Of a DNA stretch of 64,000 nucleotides, positions 23,358 to 33,928 are shown in pieces; within the stretch, counting starts at the first letter, position 1; every line of letters starts with the position of its first letter. Both the position numbers and the translations under genes were made by a program. Source of the DNA: Rebecca billardiae RCC1528 (Eukaryota; Protista; Haptophyta). The notes beneath the pieces are model-generated. The model ran no database searches and was not told the DNA's origin. It saw only the letters and a list, made by a program, of their open reading frames with translations. The stretch covers positions 496,001 to 560,000 of the forward strand of contig OZ251235.1 of the NCBI GenBank assembly GCA_965240325.2, in the 5' to 3' direction.

Positions 23358-24344
23358 GATGACATCGATGGGCTGTACGATGACAACGACATCGACAGCA
23401 GCTGCCGCGAGTGCTGCAACAACCCGTGTTGCAGCGCGCGCAGCGTGCGCTACCGATGCTCGCTCTGCGGCATCGCGATGGTGTGCTCATTGAAGTGCGC
23501 CGACGAGTACCAGATGGCACACTTGGGTGAGTGCTGCCAGATCCGGTGCCTCGTCAAGTACCAGCAGCATTACGCTGCGGGGGCCAAGCATTCAGGACAC
23601 TGGTCCGACGGCTACCCGAAAGATCTTGTTGAGCTCGACCCTGCGTCGACTCGCGAGGTATCAGCCTTCGCTTACCTCTACCACGAGGCTTCGTACTACC
23701 AGCACATCGCAATGCTGGATCGTACCGTCACCGAAGAGTATCGCTGGAAAGACAAGCTCCTCGCGCAGTATGACGTGCAGTATCACTGCAACGACGTCAC
23801 ACTGCCTGAGCACGTTCCTCGCGAGCTCGCTTCCATCGACAGTCTCTCACGGGAGCTCAGCTCTGATGGCTGGAGCCCTGGGGACAGCGATGATGACGAT
23901 GACGATGACGATGACGATGACAAGCCTGCGAAGCCCGACCATCACCCACAGTCGGATGACTCAGGGGCTGATGGCGGCTCAGAACTCAGCAGCTGCAGCA
24001 GCAGCACGCCCGCGGGCGCGAGCCCGCGCGCGGACCCTGAGCAAGCCTCCGCGACGGAGGCGCACCATTCCGAGGCGGATCACGTGCATGATACTACGCC
24101 TCGTGAGTCAAGCGGTGCACCGGAGACACCGTTCTCCTCCTACGATGCCTCGTGCGACTGGATCGTGGTCGGCACCGAGAGCGATTTCGCCGCATCCGCG
24201 ACGTCCGCCATCGTGCCCGAACGCGCTTTTGCGCTTCACGAGGTCACGACCAAATCATCGGCAAATTCGAAACTCACCCAGAGTTCGATCCAACCAGGGA
24301 GTCACGTGTACATGGCGACGCTCGCATGGACGACCTCGACGTGA
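23358..24344 (+). CDS. Element-1 accessory ORF B with MYND-type zinc finger and acidic tract (in-frame continuation of ORF A)
   Basis: CNNPCC-x7-RCSLC-x5-CSLKC-x7-HLGEC matches MYND ligand spacing; poly-Asp tract; same frame as ORF A. Confidence 0.6.
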   Translation, partial: DDIDGLYDDNDIDSSCRECCNNPCCSARSVRYRCSLCGIAMVCSLKCADEYQMAHLGECCQIRCLVKYQQHYAAGAKHSGHWSDGYPKDLVELDPASTREVSAFAYLYHEASYYQHIAMLDRTVTEEYRWKDKLLAQYDVQYHCNDVTLPEHVPRELASIDSLSRELSSDGWSPGDSDDDDDDDDDDDKPAKPDHHPQSDDSGADGGSELSSCSSSTPAGASPRADPEQASATEAHHSEADHVHDTTPRESSGAPETPFSSYDASCDWIVVGTESDFAASATSAIVPERAFALHEVTTKSSANSKLTQSSIQPGSHVYMATLAWTTST

Positions 24345-25111
24345 CTGCGCTGCTGCCCGAGGGGCTGTCGGATCGTTGGGTGCGCCTCTACGTCCGCCTT
24401 TGGCGTGACGCAGCAAGGCTCACCGCCGCCGACGGCCTCCCGCGCGCGGTGCACATCTCCCTCCTGCCAGATGGGAGTGTCCGTCTGACGGTGTCTGTGC
24501 GTCCGCCTGATGCACAAGGGCCTGATGCTTCTCCACAGGGAACCCCCGCTGGTGGCAGCCAGCGGCGCGAGGGAGGTGGTGGCGCGCCTTCTAAAGCTCC
24601 CCTGCATCCCGCCCCGCGCCGAGCGCGCAAGTCGGCTCCGCCGGCGCGCGCGCTCGCCGCGCAGGGCTCGGGTACTGGAGTGCAGGCTGCAAACGGCGAG
24701 CAGCAGCACTCTCAGAAGCGGAAGAAGAAGCCTCGGCGCGGGAAGCGCGGGCCTCGGCGTGACGCGCAAGGCAGGCGGATTCGATCTCCATCGAGCCGCC
24801 GCACCTCGTCGCGGCGCGCCGTCGAGAAACGCCAGGAGCGCAAGGCGGCGCGGCTGGCGGCCTCTCTGCCCGCAGCACCTGCGCCTGCTCCAGCTGCTGT
24901 CCCCCACGCGGACCGAGACTCGTCCATGGACGACGACTCGGACGACGAGGATGCGCAGCAGTCGGGGGCAAAGCGTACCCTGCACGCCGCAGCAGCGCCA
25001 GCCGCCGCCAGCAAGCCAGCTGAGCAGAGCGGCAAGCGCGCACGCGGCCGCGCAGGGCACACGGGGACGACTACATCACCGCCGGATCACCCGCCAGGGC
25101 CCAGCGGCTGA
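24326..25111 (+). CDS. Element-1 accessory ORF C, basic protein with NLS-like tract
   Basis: MDDLDVTALL...; KRKKKPRRGKRGPRR; overlaps the end of ORF B. Confidence 0.4.
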   Translation: MDDLDVTALLPEGLSDRWVRLYVRLWRDAARLTAADGLPRAVHISLLPDGSVRLTVSVRPPDAQGPDASPQGTPAGGSQRREGGGGAPSKAPLHPAPRRARKSAPPARALAAQGSGTGVQAANGEQQHSQKRKKKPRRGKRGPRRDAQGRRIRSPSSRRTSSRRAVEKRQERKAARLAASLPAAPAPAPAAVPHADRDSSMDDDSDDEDAQQSGAKRTLHAAAAPAAASKPAEQSGKRARGRAGHTGTTTSPPDHPPGPSG

Positions 25112-25350
25112 GACGGCCGTCTGACATCCGGACCTGCACCCCCGCCCTCGCTCGGGGCACAGCAGGTCCATGCGAGCCGCGCAGCGCAGGTGGATCGCGC
25201 TCCAGCAGCTCAAGGCCGCGCTCAAGCCATTCGATCGCGGTTCAGGCTATGCTCTGCCACCAGCGCCGACTTCGTGTCGACGATCGGGCACTGCCGACGA
25301 CGAATCAGGAGACCTGCGCCGTCCTACCTGTGTCGTTAAATCATAGAATG

Positions 25351-26092
25351 GGTCCAGACCTCAGGATTATCCTTAACCTGCACGCCAGTCCTTGGGCGGC
25401 CCACTGGCGTGCAGGTTAAGGGTTTCGTCAGGTTGGCGCGCGCTGGGGCGGACGCTCCCGCCGCCACCTCGCTCTCGCCTTCCGCCGCCAGGGCGAGGCC
25501 GCGCGAAGTCCAGTAGATCTTCCGATGGGACGCAGCGGGGCGGTAGCGAAGCGGTGAACTACTGTCGCTTGCGCGTGGCGCAGCGCTTCGCGCCCTCGCA
25601 CCTCGACGGTCAGCTGCAGGCCCGCGCGAGCGCGAGCCGGTGTGCCGCCGCCACATTCAGCCAGAGACATGCCGCGCCTTGCCTGCCGAGGCAGCGAAGA
25701 GGCACGCACGTGAAGCCGCTGGGCGCCATGGCGCGCGCCCATGACCGTACTGTCACATGGCTCACGCCGTCCTGGGATGCGCGCCTCGGGTTGCGCTCAG
25801 CGCGCGCATACTTTGCGGGGACGACAGCACGGCTGAAGCCGAGAGGCGGCGCACACGCCCGTGCGGGCTCAAGGCGCCGAGAAGATGGTCAGACGCGAGT
25901 TGCCCGGCGCAGGGCGGCGCAGAAAGGCCCTATGCCTCTGCCCGACCGCGTGCGCCATCGCCGCGTGCACGTCTACGACCGCGGCGGCGCGGCAGCGGGC
26001 GGCGCCTCGCGGCGGATGGCTGTGGCGGGCGCACGCGGCGGGTTTTGAATTTTTCTCATTTTCCGAGTTTCCCAAATCCTGAGGTCTGGACC
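25351..26092. mobile_element. MITE-like insertion nested in element 1 upstream of gag, 742 bp
   Basis: 18-bp perfect TIR GGTCCAGACCTCAGGATT (25351-25368 / 26075-26092); internal 19-bp hairpin 25371-25421; no obvious TSD. Confidence 0.75.
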
Positions 26093-29000
26093 GGTTGGAA
26101 GTCGAAGCGGGCTGTCCACTCTGTAATTCGAGACTCACTCGCGGAAATGCGAGCGCTCTACAAGGGACGCCCGACCGACTTATCTACCACGATAGTCACC
26201 CTTGCATCTGACAAAGGATCAGGCTTCAAGCTCGTCCAAGAATCCAATTGGGTTCGCTCGAGTGAAAAAATTGAGCCCTACAAATCCTTGCCGGACGCGG
26301 ACAGGGGGGTGACCCTCTCGTCTGTCTACAGCCGCTCGGCTGAAGTGCTTTTTTTAAAGCGCATTACAGACGCTATGAACCCGCAACTCTTTGCGTACCT
26401 TGAATCCAAGCAGCAGATCAATGACCCGACCAAAGGGTACCTCGATCTCGAATCGCTGCTGGAGGTCTTTGAAGAGGAACTACGCATCACTACGATGTCG
26501 GAGCTGAGGGCAGAGTACCTCAAGCTGTATCCTCGAGACAAGTCGCCGCCTAACAACGCGGCTGACATTATCAGGCAATCCGTTGAGCGAGTGCGCTCGT
26601 CGCGCTTCCGCAGTCTCGACGATGCCACTTTACTCGTGTTCAAGCTGTATGACAGCATGCACGCATCGCCTGAAATTTATGAGACTGTGATCTCATACTT
26701 TGGCGCCATTTCGCCAGCTGAGTGTGTGAAGAACACTAGCCAGCTTATGGCGCAGATGGAAGACGCCTGGCAGCGCCACTTGGCCGCCAAGGCGCAAATC
26801 CACAACAACAATAAAAACAAAAATGATGCCAAGCGCGGCGCGCGCCAGCCTCAGCATCATCAGCAGCAGCTGATGCGCGGGGAACCCTCCAAAGCTCAAC
26901 ATGAGCGCGCCGCCGCCATGCAGGCTGGGCAGCAACAGCACCCGCCTCACCCTCCCAAGCCGAAGTGCAATCACTGCGGCAAGCCAGGCCACACCGTTGA
27001 TAGGTGCTGGCAGTTGCACCCGGAGCTTAAGGCTAAGGGGGGTGCGCGCGGTGGTGCGCGCGCCGGCAACGGTGGAGGAAACAAGAACAAAAATACGCCC
27101 CAGAAGGGCACGCAGAGGAGTCACTTTATTGACATCCCTGCTGCTGACGACAACGGACGCACGGCCAAGATGGCGCGGGTGGAGCAGCGCCGAGATGTAT
27201 CGGTCGCTCCCACAACGTTCCGCGCGTACTTGGACTCGGGCGCCAGTCAGTCGTTTCTGGATGACTCGCTCGCGCATTTGTTGACTGACCGGCAGCCGGT
27301 CGACTTCGAAGTCAACAGCGCGAAGCAAGGCGCGAGGCTCCGCGCCACGTGTCGCGGTGTCCTTCACGTCGTGATCACCGACGCTCGCCAGCAAGAGTTC
27401 CGAGTTAGGCTCACTGGTGCTGTCGCGGTGCAGAGTCTTCAGACTACACTGCTTTCCGTGCAGTCGTTCGCGCGCGCGGGCTGCACCGCCGTGTTCGGTA
27501 AGCAGCCGTATCTCCAGCTTGGAGATCGGCGCGCGTATCTACGAGATGACTACAGTCTTGAACTCGCGCCAATCGTGCCTTCGTGTGCTCGCGCACTCGA
27601 CGCACGTGGCAACGAGACTGGGTCGGGCGGCGCGAGTGCGCCGCCGCCCGGGAATGCTGGCGCGCCTGAGCCTCAGCGCGCGCGCGACAAGCATTCTGCA
27701 AGGCTGTGGCGGCTCCGTTTTGGCTCCGCCGACCAGGATGCCGTCTCGGCTACTTGCAAGCTCGTCGAAGGCGCGGATACGGCCAAGGCCGACCGCGTGC
27801 TTCAGGGCGATGTTGCCAAGTTGAAGGCTAAGCCTTTTCCCGGCACCCGCGAGCGCGCAACCGCGCCGCTGCAAAGTCATCCACGTTGATGTCGTTGGGC
27901 CGATCAACGGGCTGCCTAGCGGAGTACCGCGATGGGGCATCATATTTGTGGATGATTACTCTGGTTACATGCGCTTTTATGCCATGAAAGCCAAGTCGGA
28001 AGCCCCCGAGAAGCTCCGCTTCATGATCGATGAGCTCGGCGCCAGCACGCTGGGCGCTACAATGCGCGGCACCGGCATTGCCGGCGGCAGCATTCACATC
28101 GATGGAGGCAAAGAGCTCAACTCAGCGTTGTGGCAAGAGGTGCTACGGCAGCACGACATGCTGTGTAATAACACCTCTCCGCCCCACACGCCGCAGCACA
28201 ACGGTGTAGCCGAGCGCGCACTTGGTGTCGTTATGACCGATGCGCGCGCTATGCTGCTGCAGTCCGGAATGGCGTATCGCTGGTGGTACTGGGCAGCCAA
28301 GTGCTCCACACTCCAGCGCAATCTTCTCACTCGCGCCGGTGACACTCAGTCCCCGCACGAGAAGATGTTTGGTACGTCACCGGCCAAGTACATATCCAAA
28401 CTCCGGATCTGGGGTTCCCCGTGTGTATTTCTCACGCAGGGCCTTAAGCTGAACAAGCTTTCACCCCGCGCGAAGCAGGGATATCTGCTCGGCTACGGAT
28501 TTGACTGCTACGTAGACACGACGCAGAGCGTGCGTCGCAGCATGGGCTACATAGTCCTAGCTGAAGACAACGCCAGCGTCATCTCCACGAGGCACGTCAA
28601 ATTCAACGAGCAGCACCTGTTCGATTATGATCCAGAGTCGCTTCCGCCGCTCAACGCTCCTGCTGGCACGTTGACCTGGGGGGGCGGTCCCAAGGATAAG
28701 GCTTCCAAGCCACCTCCTCAACCTGCTCTCGAGGACATAGACGACTCGTCAGATGACGAGCGTGATCCGCCAGAGCGTCAGTCGCAAGACACCGACCAAG
28801 CCGTTTCGCCGTTTGACGGCAGTCATGTGCGCGGCACGTCTGAGACTGATCGCGATGGAGAAGAGGCAGATGATGAGGAGGATGAGACATTGGAGGAAAC
28901 CGAGTTGGACAGGCCAACGTCCCTCGGAGGCGCAGTGCGCCGCTCCAATCGACTGCTGGAACGCGCTTTGAGCGTCGAACAGCATGCGAACCTCGTAAGA

Positions 29001-30644
29001 CTCGCTGCGAATATTCCGGTACCCAATTCCGTCAAGGAAGCTTTGGAGTCCGAGTACGCAGATGAGTGGGCCAAAGCTATTATGGCCGAATATCAAGCTC
29101 ACGAGAATCTCAAAACCTTTAAGCCGGTCTTGGTACCGAAGAATACGAAGGTTATTCCGTCGAAGCTGGTCTTCAAGGTAAAGGCCAAGCCTGACGGCAC
29201 TGTCGAGAAATTCAAAGCGCGCTTGGTCGTGCAAGGTTTCCGACAGATCAAGGGCTTGAATTACGATGAAGTCTTCTCTCCTACCATTAGGTACGAGGAA
29301 GTCAGGCTGCTGCTCGCGATCGCCACCTATTACAGGAGCCCTCAGCGTCCTTGGTTGGCACACGGAGCAGATGCAGCCACAGCATTCCTCAATGCTGACG
29401 CTGAGAGTACAAACATGTACATCAGCTTGCCGCCGCTGTATCATCACAATCTGTCACCAGGTGAAAATGAGATTGCAGCTGGCAGAGCAATTAAGAATTT
29501 GAACGGCTTCAAACAAGGGAGTCGTATGTGGTACTTGCACAACCACAAAATTCTGCTCAAGATTCGTTTCGAGCGCCTGGCACAATCTTGGTGCATTTAC
29601 ATCAGGCGTGAGAAAGACGTAACCGATATCATCGGTGTTTACGTCGACGATATTATCGTCATGAGCAACTCGGCAGACAAGAATCGCCCCAAGGGGATCA
29701 TCGCCGAGCTAGGCAAATTTTACGAAGTCAAGGACCTCGGTCCGCTGGACAGCTTTGTTGGATTGAGTATCCGACAGGAGCGCGATTGTACGCTCATTCA
29801 CATGAGCAAGTACATCAGCGAGTTGCTTGAGAAGCACTCCGTGTCCAATTTGAGCGGATCCGAGACTCCGATGCGAGTGAGCAACAGCCAGCCAGAGCCT
29901 GAGGGCGAGGCGCTGAGCGACCGAGATGCATCGAAATTTCGTGCTCTCGTCGGCGCGCTGCTGTTTGTCATGAACGCGTGTCGTCCTGACATCAGCTACG
30001 CGGTGAACATGCTCGCACGGAAGATGGCAAAGCCTGACTCCACCGATATGGTGGCAGCCAAACGCGTGTTGCGGTATCTCGCTGGTACTCGCACCGTGGG
30101 ACTGAAATATATCAGCAAGGCAGCGGCTTCACAGCGCGATCCTGCGCAGCCGAGATACATTCACAACGAAATGTTTGTGGACTCGGATTGGGCCAATGAT
30201 GCCGAACGGCGACGCTCCACCGGAGGATACGTTTATTTCTTCGCCGGTGCTCCAGTCACCTGGCGCTCGTTCAAGCAGTCTATCGCTGCTCTATCCTCGT
30301 GTGAAGCGGAGTACATCACTCTTTCTGAGGGAGCCAAGGAGGCAGTATATCTCAGAGATGTACTTACCGATCTACTTGGTCAGACATGCCCAAATCACGT
30401 GGTCATCCACGAAGATAATAAGGGGGCGAAAGATCTGTCCAAGAATGCCGTTCACCATCGCCGCTCCAAGCACATAGACGTGCGCCATCATTTTATCCGC
30501 GATTGCGTGGAATTGGGCGCAGTCGTTGTGGAGAAAGTCCACACTGCTGAGAATATTGCTGATATATTCACCAAGGCGTTACCAAAGGCGGACTTCTTGA
30601 AGTTCCTACATCGGATGCTTCATGCTTTTGTCCTGGACAAATAA
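26093..30644 (+). CDS. Copia gag-pol polyprotein of element 1, interrupted by a 1-nt frameshift near 27873
   Basis: Zn knuckle CNHCGKPGHTVDRC, protease YLDSGAS, integrase (V)DDYS / IDGGKE / HNGVAER, RT FKARLVVQGF and YVDD, RNase H FVDSDWA / SSCEAEY / EDNKG / ADIFTK. Removing one A from CAAAGT restores PLQVIHVDVVGP. Confidence 0.93.
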
Positions 30645-30675
30645 GTCACAGGGTAAGCTTCCGATTGTGGGGGGG

Positions 30676-31141
30676 TGTCCGAGGTTATCCGAGTTGTTCG
30701 GGGTTTTCCACGCTGAGAGCCACTGGGAAAAGAGACCCACACTGGGATTTCCGGATAAACAAACCCTCCTTGAGTTCCAATCTACAGCCTGAACAGTTGA
30801 CGAGCATCCTAGAGATGTCTCGTCAATTTCTACACGACTAGTGATGTCCGTCCGCTTCTTCCAGTTTTCCTATCCAAGATGCACGCGTACTATCAAAGTT
30901 AATTTGTCAACGACTAAGTGCTGAACCGATTTCATCAACTTTCTTATTTGTTGTTCACCTCCGGACTTCAGGGATCGGAAATTGATGTGAGGGATGTGAC
31001 GTGTCTGGAAGGCGATTCGCCTCACCGCTGCGTGTCTCTGTCGGCCATTGCCCAGTGCAGACACACTCAGGGACTCACGTTCCGCATCGCCTCAGGAGCT
31101 CACGCACCACACGCATCCAAAGCGCTTACACGCCGCTATCA
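30676..31141 (+). repeat. 3' LTR of copia element 1
   Basis: Direct repeat of 20937-21402. Confidence 0.97.
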
Positions 31142-31692
31142 ATATATATTAAACTAGCGCTATATACCGCCTATAGCAGCAGCTACAAGTTATTCATCCA
31201 TCACGTCATGGCTCTAGCCTGTAACTATGTCACTGTCAGCTCGGAGCGGCGGAGCGCGTTCGGCGTTACAGTAGTCCGTTAGTGTTGTATTAATCCCGAA
31301 TTTCCTCCGTGCACGATTTCTTTTCCTTTCCAGGCGCTTGGATCCAACCGCCAGGAGAGGTCGAGTCCCAGGTACTACTCGCTGTCGTACCTGCCCTCCC
31401 TGAACCGGCGCGAGCGCGCTCGGCCCCTAATCCTATTGCTTTCGCCGCTGCCCGCAGGCGAACGCAAGCCGCCGGTTACGTATATACGTTTTCCCCCGGC
31501 GCTATTGGTCTAACGACCGGCCAATCAGTTTACTGGTGGCCGCCGTTTGCCCTTGACATTGACTTGTGACCCGTGTGGGACGACTCCCGCACCGCCCGCT
31601 CGTCCGCACGGACGGCGCTGCTGACGACGTCCGCAGGGACACTGTGATAAGCCCCTGCGTGACCGGGGAACTGGTAAGGCGGAATAAACATC

Positions 31693-33809
31693 ATGAGCTC
31701 AATCGTGCGTAACCACGGACCGCCGGGCATGGCCCACCCAACCGGTCGCAGCGCCGCGGGCGCCGCGGACAGCGGATCCGCGCGGGCGACGACGTCCGCG
31801 CGCGAGCTCGGCCTCGAGCAGCTGGGCGACAGCGCGAAGACCAACCAGATGCTCACTGGCGTGACGAACGAGTTTGCCAAGTTCGCAAGCTCCAACTCCA
31901 GCGTGAGCACCGACCTCTTCACCAGAACGGGCGGCAGCCTGAACCTGATGCCGGAGAGCACGTTCGTGACGCTTGCGCGGCAGCTGCCCTCGCTCGTCCC
32001 GATCACGAGCAAGATCAAGGAGAAGAACGAGCAAATCGCCACGGTGGACGCGGCGACGCGCTCCAAGGAGAAGGTGCTCCTCGTCCGCGCGAAGGTCGCG
32101 CAGCGAGAGCTCGACGGCAAGAACGAGCCGATGACACCGGTACCACTCGCGGCCGCGCCGGCGTTCCCGCCCGCGGCAGCGCCCTCTGACGCGTCTGCGG
32201 ACGGCGACGACGCGAGCAGCGGGCCGGCGAGCGGTCTCCCGAGCGTTGAGGCGACGGTGAAGTTCGATGGCATGTCCGTCACGGCGGAGGAGCTGCACGA
32301 GCTCGTCGAGGCCAAGCTCGCGGAGATCACGGCCGAGAGGGACATCACCATCGGTAAGATTGCCATACTCGGAGAGGGCTTTGCTGGCGTCTCCGCGCTC
32401 GACAGCCCGAACCTGATCTACCAGAAGGTGTATGAGAACTCCGCGGCCGTGCTGCTGAAGCTGTTGAAGTCGACGCTGAACGCGGAAGCGCAGCAGTACG
32501 TGGACGCGTGCTCGCGGCGCAAGGGCATGGGCCCCTACCCGAAGGCTGCCGAGCAGCTGCAGGCGTGGTGGATTGAGCTGCGTGAGCTGCGCGACGAGGT
32601 GAGCGTCGACCACCTGATGGACATCATGGCCCCGTACCTGAACACGGGGGAGAGCGAGCACAAGACATTCTCGGACCTGCCGTCGTACCTGGCGTACTCG
32701 AAGGAGCGGCAGCTCGTATTCGAGCGCCTGCGGGCGCCGGCCGAGGCGCTCGAGCTGGCCCGCGTGCTGCAGCCGCTGCGCAGCATGAAGGGCGACCTCT
32801 CGCTCAAGTTGAAGCTCGACAAGTTCCTCAAGATGCCGTACGCGGAGGTGACGAACGCGACGCTCGTCATGATGAACTCCGACCTCGCGAGCCACCCGCC
32901 GCGCGGTGTGATCACCGTGGGCAACGTGAAGGAGCGCCCGCCCCCGCGCCAGCCGCCGAAGCAGCCGGCGCACGAGGTGTCCGGCGCGACGACGCCGCAC
33001 GTCCCGCCAAAGCTGAAGTGCGACTTGTGTAAGGGGAACCACTACTACGGCAAGATGTGCTCGCAGTTCAAGCCGGACGGCCCGGTGCCGCCAGCGGTGG
33101 TCGCTGCGCGCGAGGAGCGCGCTGCTGCGCGCGCGCGTGCGAGGCAGGAGCAACCGGGCGCGGGTGCGCGCCGCGCCGCGGACCGCGGGGCCATCATCGT
33201 GCCCGCGGGTGTCCCCGGCCGGAGCATCGCACCGGGCGTCCGCGCGGTCCAGGCGATCGAGAACATTGACGAGGTGGAGCCTCACGACGAGGTGATCGGC
33301 GGGCGCGTCGCCGCCGCGGTCGTCGAGGACAAGGGGGGCGCCGAGCCGCCCAACCGAGCGAACGGGCGCATTGACTCCGCTGCCGACCGGTCAGTCGGCG
33401 GGATGTGGATGGTCGACGCCGGTCTTGTGGAGAACTTGACGGCGCAGAACGGCGCGCTCATCGGCTTTGATGGCGGGGCCGCGGCCTCGTCGCTCAAGGG
33501 CGAGATCACCGCGCGCATGCTGAGCGTGGACGGCTCCGACTCGCAGCTGATCAAGTGCGAGATCTGGATTGCCGAGGGCGTGGAGACCATCCTGCTGTCC
33601 GCGGACGCGCTCGCGAGCGTCGGCGCGACGACCACCATCTCCAAGTGGCGGCAGTCGTCGTGCGACTTCACGGACGTCGGAGGCGGCTACATCAAGATCG
33701 GCTCGGACGCGCGCGTCATCCTCGAGCTCCAGCCCGTCGAGGAGGCGGCCGCCGCCGCGGCGGGGCGCGTCGAGCCGGAGGCCGAACGCGCGCCCGCGCC
33801 CGCGCCCGT

Positions 33810-33847
<38 letters not shown>

Positions 33848-33873
33848 TCGGGCGCGCGCCGGGAAACGAGTAG
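31693..33873 (+). CDS. Element-2 Gag-protease ORF
   Basis: Zn knuckle CDLCKGNHYYGKMC, aspartic protease IDSAA, ILLS, (AP)n linker before the stop. Confidence 0.85.
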
Positions 33874-33928
33874 GGCCCGAGCGCGCGGCGGCTGAGCGAG
33901 CTGCTGCCGGGCGTGCGCGCACGCCCGG
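33861..33928 (+). promoter_or_regulatory. Candidate programmed -1 ribosomal frameshift signal
   Basis: G GGA AAC (33861-33867) in the correct X XXY YYZ phase, 7-nt spacer, then a GC-rich stem-loop at 33875-33912. Confidence 0.75.

Noticed and set aside
31311-31710. Tf1-like self-priming through AATCGTGC / GCACGATT complementarity
   Set aside because: Only 8 nt, and the partner lies 28 nt into the LTR, probably upstream of the transcription start; compatible with chance.
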